Of a stretch of 64,000 nt of DNA, positions 53,341 to 64,000 are shown piece after piece. How positions within the stretch are numbered: the stretch's first letter is position 1; every line of letters starts with the position of its first letter. Source of the stretch: Ruditapes philippinarum (taxonomy: Eukaryota); NCBI RefSeq assembly GCF_026571515.1, contig NW_026865143.1, forward strand, positions 1 through 64,000, read 5' to 3'. Below the pieces are notes generated by a model, which was given only the letters and a program-made list of their open reading frames with translations, was not told the DNA's origin and made no database searches. The translations under genes and the position numbers were made by a program.

Positions 53341-54034
53341 ACTATAGGCTGTTATATACCTCTTTTATTGAAAGAAAACCTATACTAGCCATTATTTTGA
53401 AAATAGCCCATAGCTCATTACTTTCGTGTTAATTGAGTAAAGAATTTGTTTTATAATTAAGGTAGAAAATTTATTCAAATAACACTAGTACTGCATTATA
53501 TGTATGACATTGTATGGGGTATCGGATAAACTTAAAAAAAGATATTTCAGAAAGCTGAATAATGACGGCAAACAAAAGAAATGGAAACTAATACATGTAT
53601 ATCTAGTTATATTTGGCTACTTATCTTTATTTCAACAAACATAGATCCATTTCCTCCACAGTTGAAATTGCTTTGAAGGGTTAGAAATACTTCATGTCAA
53701 AAATAAACATCTACAAACAGTCAACAGAGAGGTAAAGATTTATGTATTATATATCTGTGATGAATATAGATTCAATTGTTATGTAGGTACATTTTATTTT
53801 GTTTTAATACCTATGTTACCATATATAGTAACAAAATCTATTGTATTTCAGGGCCATTATGGCATGGTCTAGGTCATTATGCAATTTTGGCCGCCTTGCT
53901 ACTCGGCATTATTTTTCCATAATGGGCGAGTGAATGAGCGCACGTGCAAAATGACGTCATCAACTCTCAGTGACTTTTAAAATAGTCATTATGAGACAAG
54001 AATAAGATAATTTGGTAGTTTTATTAAAAATGAT

Positions 54035-54306
54035 NNNNNNNNNNNNNNNNNNNNNNNNNNNNNNNNNNNNNNNNNNNNNNNNNNNNNNNNNNNNNNNNNN
54101 NNNNNNNNNNNNNNNNNNNNNNNNNNNNNNNNNNNNNNNNNNNNNNNNNNNNNNNNNNNNNNNNNNNNNNNNNNNNNNNNNNNNNNNNNNNNNNNNNNNN
54201 NNNNNNNNNNNNNNNNNNNNNNNNNNNNNNNNNNNNNNNNNNNNNNNNNNNNNNNNNNNNNNNNNNNNNNNNNNNNNNNNNNNNNNNNNNNNNNNNNNNN
54301 NNNNNN
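54035..54306. other. assembly gap (N run)
   Basis: Run of n characters. Confidence 1.
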
Positions 54307-54363
54307 TTTATACTATTATTAACAAAAAAGCCACACAAACACGAACATTCAGTTATTATTTTA

Positions 54364-54400
54364 TTGCATACGTTTCGGCCATATGCCTTCATCAGTGCAA
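54364..54400 (-). ncRNA. minimal type I hammerhead ribozyme motif (Penelope-like element type)
   Basis: Minus strand reads TTGCA-CTGATGA-A-GGC-ATATG-GCC-GAAA-CG-TA-TGCAA, followed by AATAAA. Confidence 0.7.
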
Positions 54401-54479
54401 AACATAATTACTAGAAGCGACGACATAATGGAACGCACGTTTAACGCGCGAAAAACATGGCTTTAGCGGCAATATATGA

Positions 54480-57400
54480 TAACATGTAGAAACAGGGGTT
54501 GAACTTATGGAATGTTTTTTGTTTGTTTTTTTTTTCCTGTATTTTTTACTATGTAAATATACTTATAAATATGTGAATACTTCTGGTAACATTCTTCCTT
54601 TTGTATAAGTATTGCTGGTTGTGAATTTCTGCTATTATCACTTAAAGAGCCTTATAATCATTTCCAAGAAATGGCATAATTTTATTAATTCATGTTTGTT
54701 ATTACTGTTAAAGAGTTGATTTAACTTGAGGGTATTTGGGTGTTGGTGATAATATCTTTTAATGTGTTTTTGTCGTGTTTCATTTAGGTAATTACATTCA
54801 AGCACATTGTGGAACTCATCTCCAGTTTGGTTTTCATTACATAAAGTGCATTTTCTGTCATTGATTGGGGTACTATTCCATCTCCCTATTTCTATTGGTA
54901 GTATATGGTTTCTTGTTCTAAATGCCATAAATATTCTGCATAATCTATTTGGTAAGATGTTGAGATATTCACTTAATAATATGATAAAGTTAGGTTTAAA
55001 TATTCTGTAGTTTATGCTTCTAGTTGATTTATTGGTTATTTCATTCCAAGACTGTATATACTGATCATTTACTCTCTTTTTGAATGACAAAGCAAACCAT
55101 TTACCATTTATATTTCTTTGATAAGTCCAAATATTACTGTAACCATTTTTGCAAATAATATCTTTTACAAAATTTATCCATTTAGAATTAAGCGACCCTT
55201 GTTCTTGAAGACTTAAACTGATGAAATACATTTGATTGGACAACTTATTACTATTTATATCTTGTAACTTGCTCCAGTATGATATTATTCTTGTTTTAAT
55301 TTCTATATCTAAGGGTTTTATTCCTAATTCACCATATAGCATATGTGAGGGTGTTGATTTTTTTAAATTGAAAATAAGTTTATAATATTTTATTTGTACC
55401 TTCTCCACAATCTCATTATTTCCTACTCCCCAAATTTCACATCCATATAATGGAATTGGTTTTATCATTTTATTGAAAAGGTCAATTTGTAGGTCATATA
55501 GTAAATCCAGGTTTCTTATTTTTTTCAGAAGAGAGAACATAGCCTTATTAGCTTGCTCTGCAATGTATTTTTTAGCCTTTAAAAAACTTTTTGTTCTAGA
55601 TAAATATACTCCCAAATATTTGTATTCATTTGTAATTTCTAGATCAATTCCTTTGAATTTAAATTTGTATGTATAATTATTGCTTCTTGTACCAAATATC
55701 AAAACCGTAGTTTTTGGGATATTTACTGTTAATTTCCATTTGTCACAGTAATTTTCAAAAATATTTAAGCTTTTTTGGAGATCATCACTTTTATTACTCA
55801 TTAGGACAGTGTCATCAGCATACAGAATGATAAAAAGTTTAAAAAGAATTGATATATCCATATGATTTACTTTACATTCAATTCCAGGTAGGCCACTTGT
55901 TTCAAAATAGTTTCCTAGATCATTTAAAAATATTGAGAACAAAAAAGGTGATAAATTTTCTCCTTGTCGTACACCATTTAAACATGGAAAATATGCAGAT
56001 GTTCCTTCATCTGTTCTTATACAAGACTTTATATCATTACATATATTCTTTATTAAAATAAGGCATTTTCCATTGATTTTACTATTAAACATTTTCATCC
56101 ATAACCCATTTCTCCAGACAGTGTCAAATGCCTGTTTGAAATCAATAAATGCACAGTATAATTTTTTGTTTTTTGGCACTAAGAAAATCTATCAGACTTT
56201 GGATTACAAAAAGGTTGTCAATGTTTGAGTGATTTTCCCTAAACCCTGCTTGACAGTTTGTTATAAGATTTGATGCTTTTGAAAAATATTAAAGTCTTTC
56301 ATTGATTACCCCTGTTAACAGTTTTCCTAGACAACTTAAAAGAGTTATTGGCCTGTCATTTTCTGGGAATTTTGCATCACCTTTATTTTTATAGATTGGA
56401 ATAATAGTTCCTTCAGTCCAACTTTTTGGTATTATACCGTTATTGAAAATAAAATTGAAAAGTTGAGTATATATTGGGAGCATTTGTGGCAATGTAGATT
56501 TTATATGTTCATTTAATATATTATCTGTACCAGGGCTTTTATTATTTCTTAATGTGTTGACTACTTTTATTATTTCTTGATCTGATATAAGTCTATTTAA
56601 CTCTTCATTTAATTCATTAAGATTTTCTTCATTTTCTTCACAAGTGACTTCATCATTTTCTCCATTATATACATCCTTGAAAAAATTATACAGGTCATTT
56701 AGCTTTACTTTAGATTTAAGACTGTTTCTGTTAACAGAGTTAATAATTTTCCAATAGTCTTTTGGGGTTTTTTTATTTTAATTTTCTCAGATTTTCCACT
56801 CTGTTTTGTTTAAATTTCATATGTGAATAAGATAGTGTGGCTTTGTTCTCTTTACTGATACTTTTTAAAATAGTTTTATTTTGTGCACTGTTATTTTTAT
56901 TGTACAATTTGCGTGCAAATTGATATTTGTTTCGCAATGATTGACATTGTTTATTAAACCAGGGTTGAGAATTTTTAACCTAATTGGTATCATGGCTTAT
57001 TCGTTTTTTACCAAATGTAGCCAGACAACTACTTGAGAAAATGTTTCCTATCTGGTCTACAATTTTGTCCAAATCCTGCTGTATTGTATTGGTGTATTTA
57101 TTTGTTCAATAGTTTTAATATCATTTAGTATTTTGTCAATATTGGTCAAATCTATGTTTGGTACAAATATATCTTTTTTTTTTTCGCCATCTTCCTAGAG
57201 TTTTATATTTTCAGCCTTTTTTGTAGGAACAATTTTTTTTAGATAGTAATCATTTGCTTTCAACTCTAAAACAACAGGGCAGTGAACATCTGAAATTAAA
57301 GGGGAACATTTTTCAACCTTTAATTCTGTTACCATTTCTAAAACATTAACTGAACATATGTAATAGTCTATAGTGCTTTTACCCTTGCAAGTTGTTTTAG

Positions 57401-59330
57401 TATTTAAATAGTCTGTACCTATTCTTCCATTTAATATATTAAAAAGATCATTGTCAGAGCAAAAATCTATAAGCATATTACCATACTCATTTGTATTAAT
57501 ATCTGCAGTATTTCTTTTCATAGGTATATCGCACTTTTCAAATTCATTTTGTATCTTATATGTATCATATAAAAGCTCCTCATTACCATTTAAGGTGCAT
57601 AAAAACTCATCACAATCAACATAATCTTGTTTTCTGCCTACCCTTGAATTAAAATCTCCAAAAAGCAGTAATTTAGTAGCATTCAATTTTGAAATTTCTG
57701 ATTGTATTTCAAGGTAAGGGTCAGGATGGGCATATTTTGATCTTATTGGTGGTATGTAAGTAACACCACATGTAAGTTTGTCATTATAAGTTTCTTGATC
57801 AAAGTTTACTTCAAACCATAATATAAGCTTACTGCTACTTTCTAAAATTTTCACATGATGCACAATGGTATCTTTCACAAAAAGAGCTATGCTATGCCCC
57901 CAGATCTATATCTTGCTATTTTTTCTCTATTATGAAAAATATATTTGAAATCCATCAATTGATATAGTATCATTATCATCTAGCTTACTCTCTTGTATGC
58001 CTATAATATCACAATTGTTTAAAAATGAAATAAAATCTGGATTTATGACCTTTGATTTCAAGCCGCATACATTTATGCTAAATATCTTAACGTTTGTTTT
58101 TGTATGAATTGTTTGTTAGTCACATTGTCTTCATGTCCATGTATAATTTGGTTGTCCTCTGTGTGCCCCTATTTATCACTTTCTTCATTGTAACTATTGT
58201 GTGACATCACTCTTATTTCTAGGTCACTTTCACCACTATCTTCTGATAAAGGTTCTTCTCTTTGTTTTTTGGTTTGTAAGTCATGATCTAGGGGTGATCT
58301 CGCATCCCTTTTTCCTGTGTGCTTATTTTGATGTCTATTTTCTGGCATATTGTCTGATAAAGCTTGAAATCTATTTGCTGTTGATATTGGAGTACTGAAC
58401 TGCAGGTGTCTGTTGCTATTGTAAAACACTTTTTTATTTTGTTGAACATTTTTTGGCTTGTTGTATTGTGTTTGTCGGCTTCTGTTGGGATCATCTTCTG
58501 CTTGGTTAGTGTTATGATTGCCATCTGTATTTGTTAGGAAAAATCTTTGTTGTCTATATATAGGCGATCCCTAACTAGTTTGACATTTGACCCTTTGTCT
58601 TTGGCAGCTCTCATTTCTGTATATAAGACTTTCCTTCTGTCTTCTTTCATTTTCGGAAACTGATCTCTGACCGCAAACTTTGTGTTTTTTAAACTTGGTG
58701 CTGAGTATTTTATGAGGTCATTTTGCTTTAAATCTTTAAACTTGGCAATAATAGGTCTGGGTTTTATTTGGTCAGCCTTTCTTCTAACTAATCGATGTAC
58801 TTTTTGAAATAGTATCTCTTCATCTATTGCCATGTATTTGCTTATGAATGATTTCAGTATGTCTTGAGTATTTTCATATTCACCTGGACCTAAATTTGTT
58901 TCTTCAAAGCCAAAAAAATCAAATTATTTTCCGTACTTCTACATTGGATGTCTAGGATGGTTTCTTCTTGCTCATCTTGTTTTTGCTTTAAATTTTCATT
59001 TGCTATGTTCATTTTTCTAACTTCATCTCTTAAGCTTTCAATACATTTATTTTCTTCAAATTTTTGATCTACCACTGCACTGAATGTTTCTCTTGTATGC
59101 TCAAGATTTGCTTCAATATATTTCATATTTTCTTTGAGTGTGCCAGAATATTTGTCAACACTTGTAATCCTCTCTTCTATTGTACTAATTGTGCTCTTCA
59201 TTTTGGTAAGATCACTTACTTGTTCTTCTACATTTTTTATTCTATGGCTATGATTTGCAAGAGTTTACCCAGTTTGTGTTTTGTTTTGAGAGCTGTATTT
59301 CAATATTCATCAATACTGTTTTTATAGTTC
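54480..59330 (-). mobile_element. near full-length decayed non-LTR retrotransposon (RTE-X-like)
   Basis: ORF1 fragments 59201-58169 (ENNLIF, PRPIIAKF). ORF2 from ~58100 (SINVCGL, GDFNSR, STIDY, SDVH) to 54638 (GVRQGENLSP, YADD, LPIEIGRW..CTLC..DEFHNVLEC). Confidence 0.9.
54638..58100 (-). pseudogene. LINE ORF2 endonuclease/reverse transcriptase (frameshifted)
   Basis: ORFs 57195..57878, 56289..56492 and 54638..56179. Confidence 0.88.
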
Positions 59331-59888
59331 ACGAGATGAAATAAAATTACATCTTACACAACAAACAAACAAATTTTCTTTTTATTTTATGCTTACAAAA
59401 AAGTTTCAACGAAATTTCCTTGAAATGAACTTTATTATATAAAAAATCTGTTTTCCATACTGGTAGCCTCTATTATGTACATGTATAAGCCGAATTTCTC
59501 ATAAAATACAAGAAGTCTTGGGCTGAAAAATAAGTCTGACAATCAACGTTAAATGGCGATGATATTACTACTACTACTACTATTTTTATAGGATGTTTGA
59601 CGTCACAGCAATGTGTATTTGAATAACAGTAAGAAAATAAGACAGACATAAAAAATGGTTTCAATTTTACCGAATTTGAGTTTAGGGAGAGAAATCACTT
59701 CAACATAAAATGTTACCTAAATATGAGCCCTGTTATGCATTTTCAATTAGATAAAATACTTAATAACTATACAATAGAAGCCCGTCTGACTTGCTCTGCA
59801 AAATTTCTCATTAGATGAAAATACATACATTTGTATAATATCATAAAAATTCTATTTTCTTCAGTTGTTAATAAAGCATCAATTCACA

Positions 59889-60543
59889 TTCAATGGTAGG
59901 ATACTACGTTATCGCGCACCTGCTGAATGCTCCCACTTGGACAATTTTTTCGTCGACTCAAAGGTAAAATACAATTTTATTATAAGAAAACGTGAGAGTA
60001 TTAAAAAATCATGTAGCGCACCAAAGAATGACTATAGTACTTGCGATAATTGTAAAAAAAGTTAATAGATTTATTGCCTGGTTTAGGCCTGAAAACAGGA
60101 TAAGTGTTTTTCTCTGAATGCTCCCACTCGGACTTCTCCCAACATCTATGAAATAAGGTTGAAAACCTTCTTTAAAATTATTTTTTACGTACCGGAATAT
60201 AAACCGAGTTATGTTTACACAGTTTTCTATATTATTTTCAAATATTTCTATTCAAAAGTCAGTTTTTTAAAGGTTTTTTTTTTATAAAAATGGAAAATGC
60301 ACGATTTCAGAGAAAAAACACTTTTTTCCCCGTTTCAGGCCTAAATCAGACAATGAATCTATAAACTTTTTTTTTTACAATTACCTCAAGTACTGTAGCC
60401 ATTCTTTGGTGCGCTGCGTGATTTTTTTTAATACTTTTACGTTTTCTTATAATAAAATTGTATTTTACCTTCGAGTCGACGAAAAAATGGTCCAAGTGGG
60501 AGCATTTAGCAGGTGCGCGATGACGTAGTATCCTACCATTGAA
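59889..60543. mobile_element. foldback element/MITE with ~205-bp TIRs
   Basis: 59889-60095 (ttcaatggtaggatactacg...aggcctgaaa) is the reverse complement of 60333-60543. Confidence 0.85.
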
Positions 60544-61195
60544 AATTGCTTGACAAAATCTCTCGTTATTGAATATTATCGTCTTAGTTATATTGAGATC
60601 TTTTTTTACCTTCTGTTGTTACCAATGTAATTATAAATCAAAAAACCGTCCGCTGAATGAGAATAATTACATTGGTCACATTTATCTCTATTTGTTTCGA
60701 GCATGTTCACCCACCTATTGGACAAATTTTCCGGTCACATATGATGTCGGGCTTACCTCCCCTTTTGCGTAAGGGCAGTCCTAGATTAAACATGATGAAT
60801 AATAATGATTGCCTATTCATTTACTGTTTTGACATTTATATCGTTAAGGTTTTTGAGGAAAATAAGCATCCTGTAAATACGTATGTGTATATTTTTGTCT
60901 ACGTTGAATTGAACTTTACTTCAAATCTATGCTATATCGTTTAAGGTATGAACCACCTAATGCATTACCTCCATTTTGAAGAGTATTCAAATAGGCTATA
61001 AATACTGTCAACTGCATTGAAATTGAGGGGACATGGGTTCAAGCCAAGTTTTTTCTTTCTTTCTTTCTTTTTAAACATTAATTATGTGTTTCTCGGATCA
61101 ATCTCGGTAAGAAAAAAGTATTTCATTTTAATTGAAAAATTATATTCTCAGACTGTATTTGTTTGGCTTAATTATGCCAAATTTATTATCAAATA

Positions 61196-61547
61196 CGGCT
61201 GACTCGTTTTCTTGTACCTCAATATCATTTTCTTTTCTAGTTCTTCTACCTCTTCCTCTAATTCATCAGTTGGTTTACAGTTATCAAACTTTACTTGATC
61301 ACTCTGTGATTCTCCTAAATGCACAGCAGGGTTGCCAGTGTTATTTTTTCATTAGAGTTTGAAGCGGACTCTTTTTCCACGACAGTTCGAATTATGTTCA
61401 AGTTCCCAGAAGTGTTATCTTCGGAAATGGTCAATATTTCAGATTTATCTGACATTTTTAAACGGTATATAAAACAGATTAAAGTAAAGTTATTCTCACT
61501 GACAAAAGATAACAATGTTCTGTATCATATTCGATCTAAAATAAGGA
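61196..61547 (-). pseudogene. decayed partial duplicate of WRAP53 exon 1 and its 5' flank
   Basis: Aligns with 25626-25972. MSDKSEILTISEDNTSGNLNIIRTVVEKESASNS versus [33 protein letters not shown], followed by a frameshift. Confidence 0.85.
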
Positions 61548-61971
61548 AATACCAGTTTACTTCTTTAAAAATCAAACTGAATTTAAAATAATTGATATGT
61601 ATTATAAGTAGTTTCAAACTAAAAGTTTCTTGAAAAATTCAATGATCAAACAGTCAAAATTGTGCACCTTTATCTTATAATGTAATATTTAAGCGAAAGC
61701 TCTTGTTTTTTATTTTAAGTAGAACTATTCTATACCCTTCCGGAAATTCGTAATAACAAACATGCAAAAAGGCAATACAAAATGTATTCTCGTGTGTTTT
61801 ATCTTTCGCTGCATTCGTGTATTTATCATGTAATATCTTGTACAAGAAGCTTTATTGAAACATATAATTGATTAATACTGTCTCAATTATGGTGGCCAAT
61901 ACAACGTACTAACTTAGTATAAAATGTTCAGTTTTCATCAGTATTTTAAACGTTACACTTTATATTCCAGA

Positions 61972-62835
61972 ATGGCTCAAAACAGCAAAAAAGTAATTAT
62001 TGTCGGGAAAACTGGTAACGGAAAAAGTTCACTAGGTAATAACCTACTTGGAATGAAATGTTTTAGGGAAGGGCGTGGTTTTAATGCTTCTACAACAACA
62101 TGCCAACAGGCGAAAAATGGACAATTCGAAATTGTTGATACTCCAGGACTATTCGACACCAATCAGAATCGAAATGTTGCTCGAGAAGCCGAACAAATCC
62201 TCGATGCTTTGAAACACTGCCCGGCACCACATGCGTTTTTAATCGTCGTCAAATATGGTAGATTTACGAAAGAAGAAGTTTCTGTTTTGGATGTGTTGGG
62301 AATAACATTCGGAGAACAATATTTAGATCATGCCATTGTCGTCGTTACTCATGTTGAAAAAGACGTAACTGATGCTGAATTTAGCGATGCTTGTCGGGAA
62401 TCACACCATGTGAATGAGTTACTAATACGCTGTGGGCGACGGGTTGTTAGAATCGACAATAAGGATCCGAACAGCGAAGATGTCAACTCTTTACTCCAGT
62501 ACATAGATCAAGTGTCGAAAGATGGAAAATCCTGCTTCAATAATGATTATCGACGTTGCCATGAGAAAGTGTTAAGAAGTGACCAAGACTTAAATAAGTA
62601 CGACGGTATGCTTGTACATGAACAGGTGGAACAAATAGCAAAAGAAATCAAAGCAATTATAAAGGAAGAGGTAACAAGCGCAAAGAAGGAGAGGGAAGAA
62701 AGAGCGATTATGGAAATGGAAAGAAGAGAGGAACAACAAAAGGAAAAGGGCGATGATGGAAATATAGTGCAAGGATTTTGGTTGGCTATTATTGCAGCTG
62801 CTGCATTTGTAGCTAAAAAAATGCAGGAGAAACAG

Positions 62836-62876
<41 letters not shown>

Positions 62877-62913
62877 ATTTAAACCATTTACAAACGTATG
62901 CAGCTTCTTCTAA
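61972..62913 (+). CDS. GIMAP/AIG1-family GTPase paralogue, 313 aa
   Basis: GKTGNGKS, IVDTPGLFDT, PHAFLIV..GRFTKEE, THVE, a coiled coil, hydrophobic FWLAIIAAAAFVA, His13 and terminal CSFF. Confidence 0.92.
62836..62874 (+). repeat. (CAT)13 coding microsatellite (poly-His)
   Basis: 13 perfect CAT units in frame. Confidence 0.95.
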
Positions 62914-64000
62914 CATAAAGCTTTACATGAATATAACACAGATAGACCAATTCACTCACTTTGTGCAAAAAGTAATGATAATTTACATAGTATTTATCCT
63001 ATTTAAAATCATATGATTGTATGTATCACTGAATAGTTATTGTTACATGGATATCACAAAGATTATGGCACATTGAGACCAAGATTCTTTAGTTTCATTT
63101 CCATATCACAGAGTTACATCATAAAAACTTTTAAAAGCACTGTTTAAAAAGGTTAACATCAAAATATGAAATAAACACAACCTGAATAAACATAAGTATA
63201 CCTGGTTAAGCAGGTCTTGTGAAAGATTGTTTCTATAGAATAATTCAATTGTAGGTATTTTTTTCTCTTCAAAACATTTCATTATGGAATAGCGACTGTT
63301 GTTAACATAAGAAATAAGTATAATCTGAAACAAGGTTTGAAATGGCAGTGAAAGCAACGAGTAGGCATTAGTGTAAAGGGGCCGGTGGCATGCTTACTCT
63401 GAAATTCAACATTTCCGTAGCTGCATTTCAAAGTATTTTAAGGTATGTTCAAAAGAAAGAAAACACTTTTTCGGCATGTTTGGTCAAACATGGTTTCCAT
63501 CAATATAATCAGTACCCATATATGTTTAATTTTCATTGTATCATAGTTTGGAAACTTTACTTTAAAACTTGTCAGAGTTAAATCGTATACCAATACATGC
63601 ACAGTGCGTTAACTGGAGTGCATGTATTAGTTACCCACTTTCACTTACTGCCTAAAGCATGCTCGCTTATTTGATCATTACTCATTTTTTCTGGGTTTTC
63701 TTATTGTTACGGCATCGAAAGAGATCACGATAGAAAAGTCATATTCAGATACTCGTACATTGGTTACATTGTTCTGGGGTTTAATATTGTGATGACAGGG
63801 AACATGTTTTTATTTTTGCCTATGCTACAAAGAGAAAGAACATCAAAACATTCGGCAATCTGATTTATACACGGCTACGCCCCGCCCCATCCCTCAAATC
63901 ATATACATTGTAGTCTTGTTTTAGTTGCTCTTTCTATTACTTACCTAACAATACATAATCTAAGCTTGAAACTACTATTAGTGACATTTTCGGAATAACG

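Noticed and set aside
54012-54407. ORFs spanning X residues
   Set aside because: Artefacts of the N gap.
62590-62916. Poly-Met ORF on the minus strand
   Set aside because: Antisense reading of the (CAT)13 tract in the GIMAP.

Overview
AT-rich animal genomic DNA with spliceosomal introns. The repeat families look like those of bivalve molluscs, but that is an inference. Host genes: an 11-exon WRAP53/TCAB1 gene (minus, 25808-14642) lying head-to-head with a GIMAP/AIG1 GTPase (31421-32251), and a second GIMAP paralogue (61972-62913) preceded by a decayed copy of WRAP53 exon 1, which points to an old rearranged local duplication. The main structural surprise is a hAT transposon (16-bp TIRs, 6-bp TSD, three-exon transposase of about 911 aa with no stops or frameshifts). 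It is cut in two by a ~3.9-kb inversion bounded by a perfect 15-bp inverted repeat, and flipping the segment back restores the reading frame exactly. The rest of the window holds several decayed RTE-X-like LINEs (one nested in another, one flanked by a 64-bp duplication), Helentron-type elements with ~162-bp internal arrays, MITEs, SINEs, minisatellites, a tRNA-Pro-like relic, a minimal Penelope-type hammerhead ribozyme motif, and one assembly gap (54035-54306).
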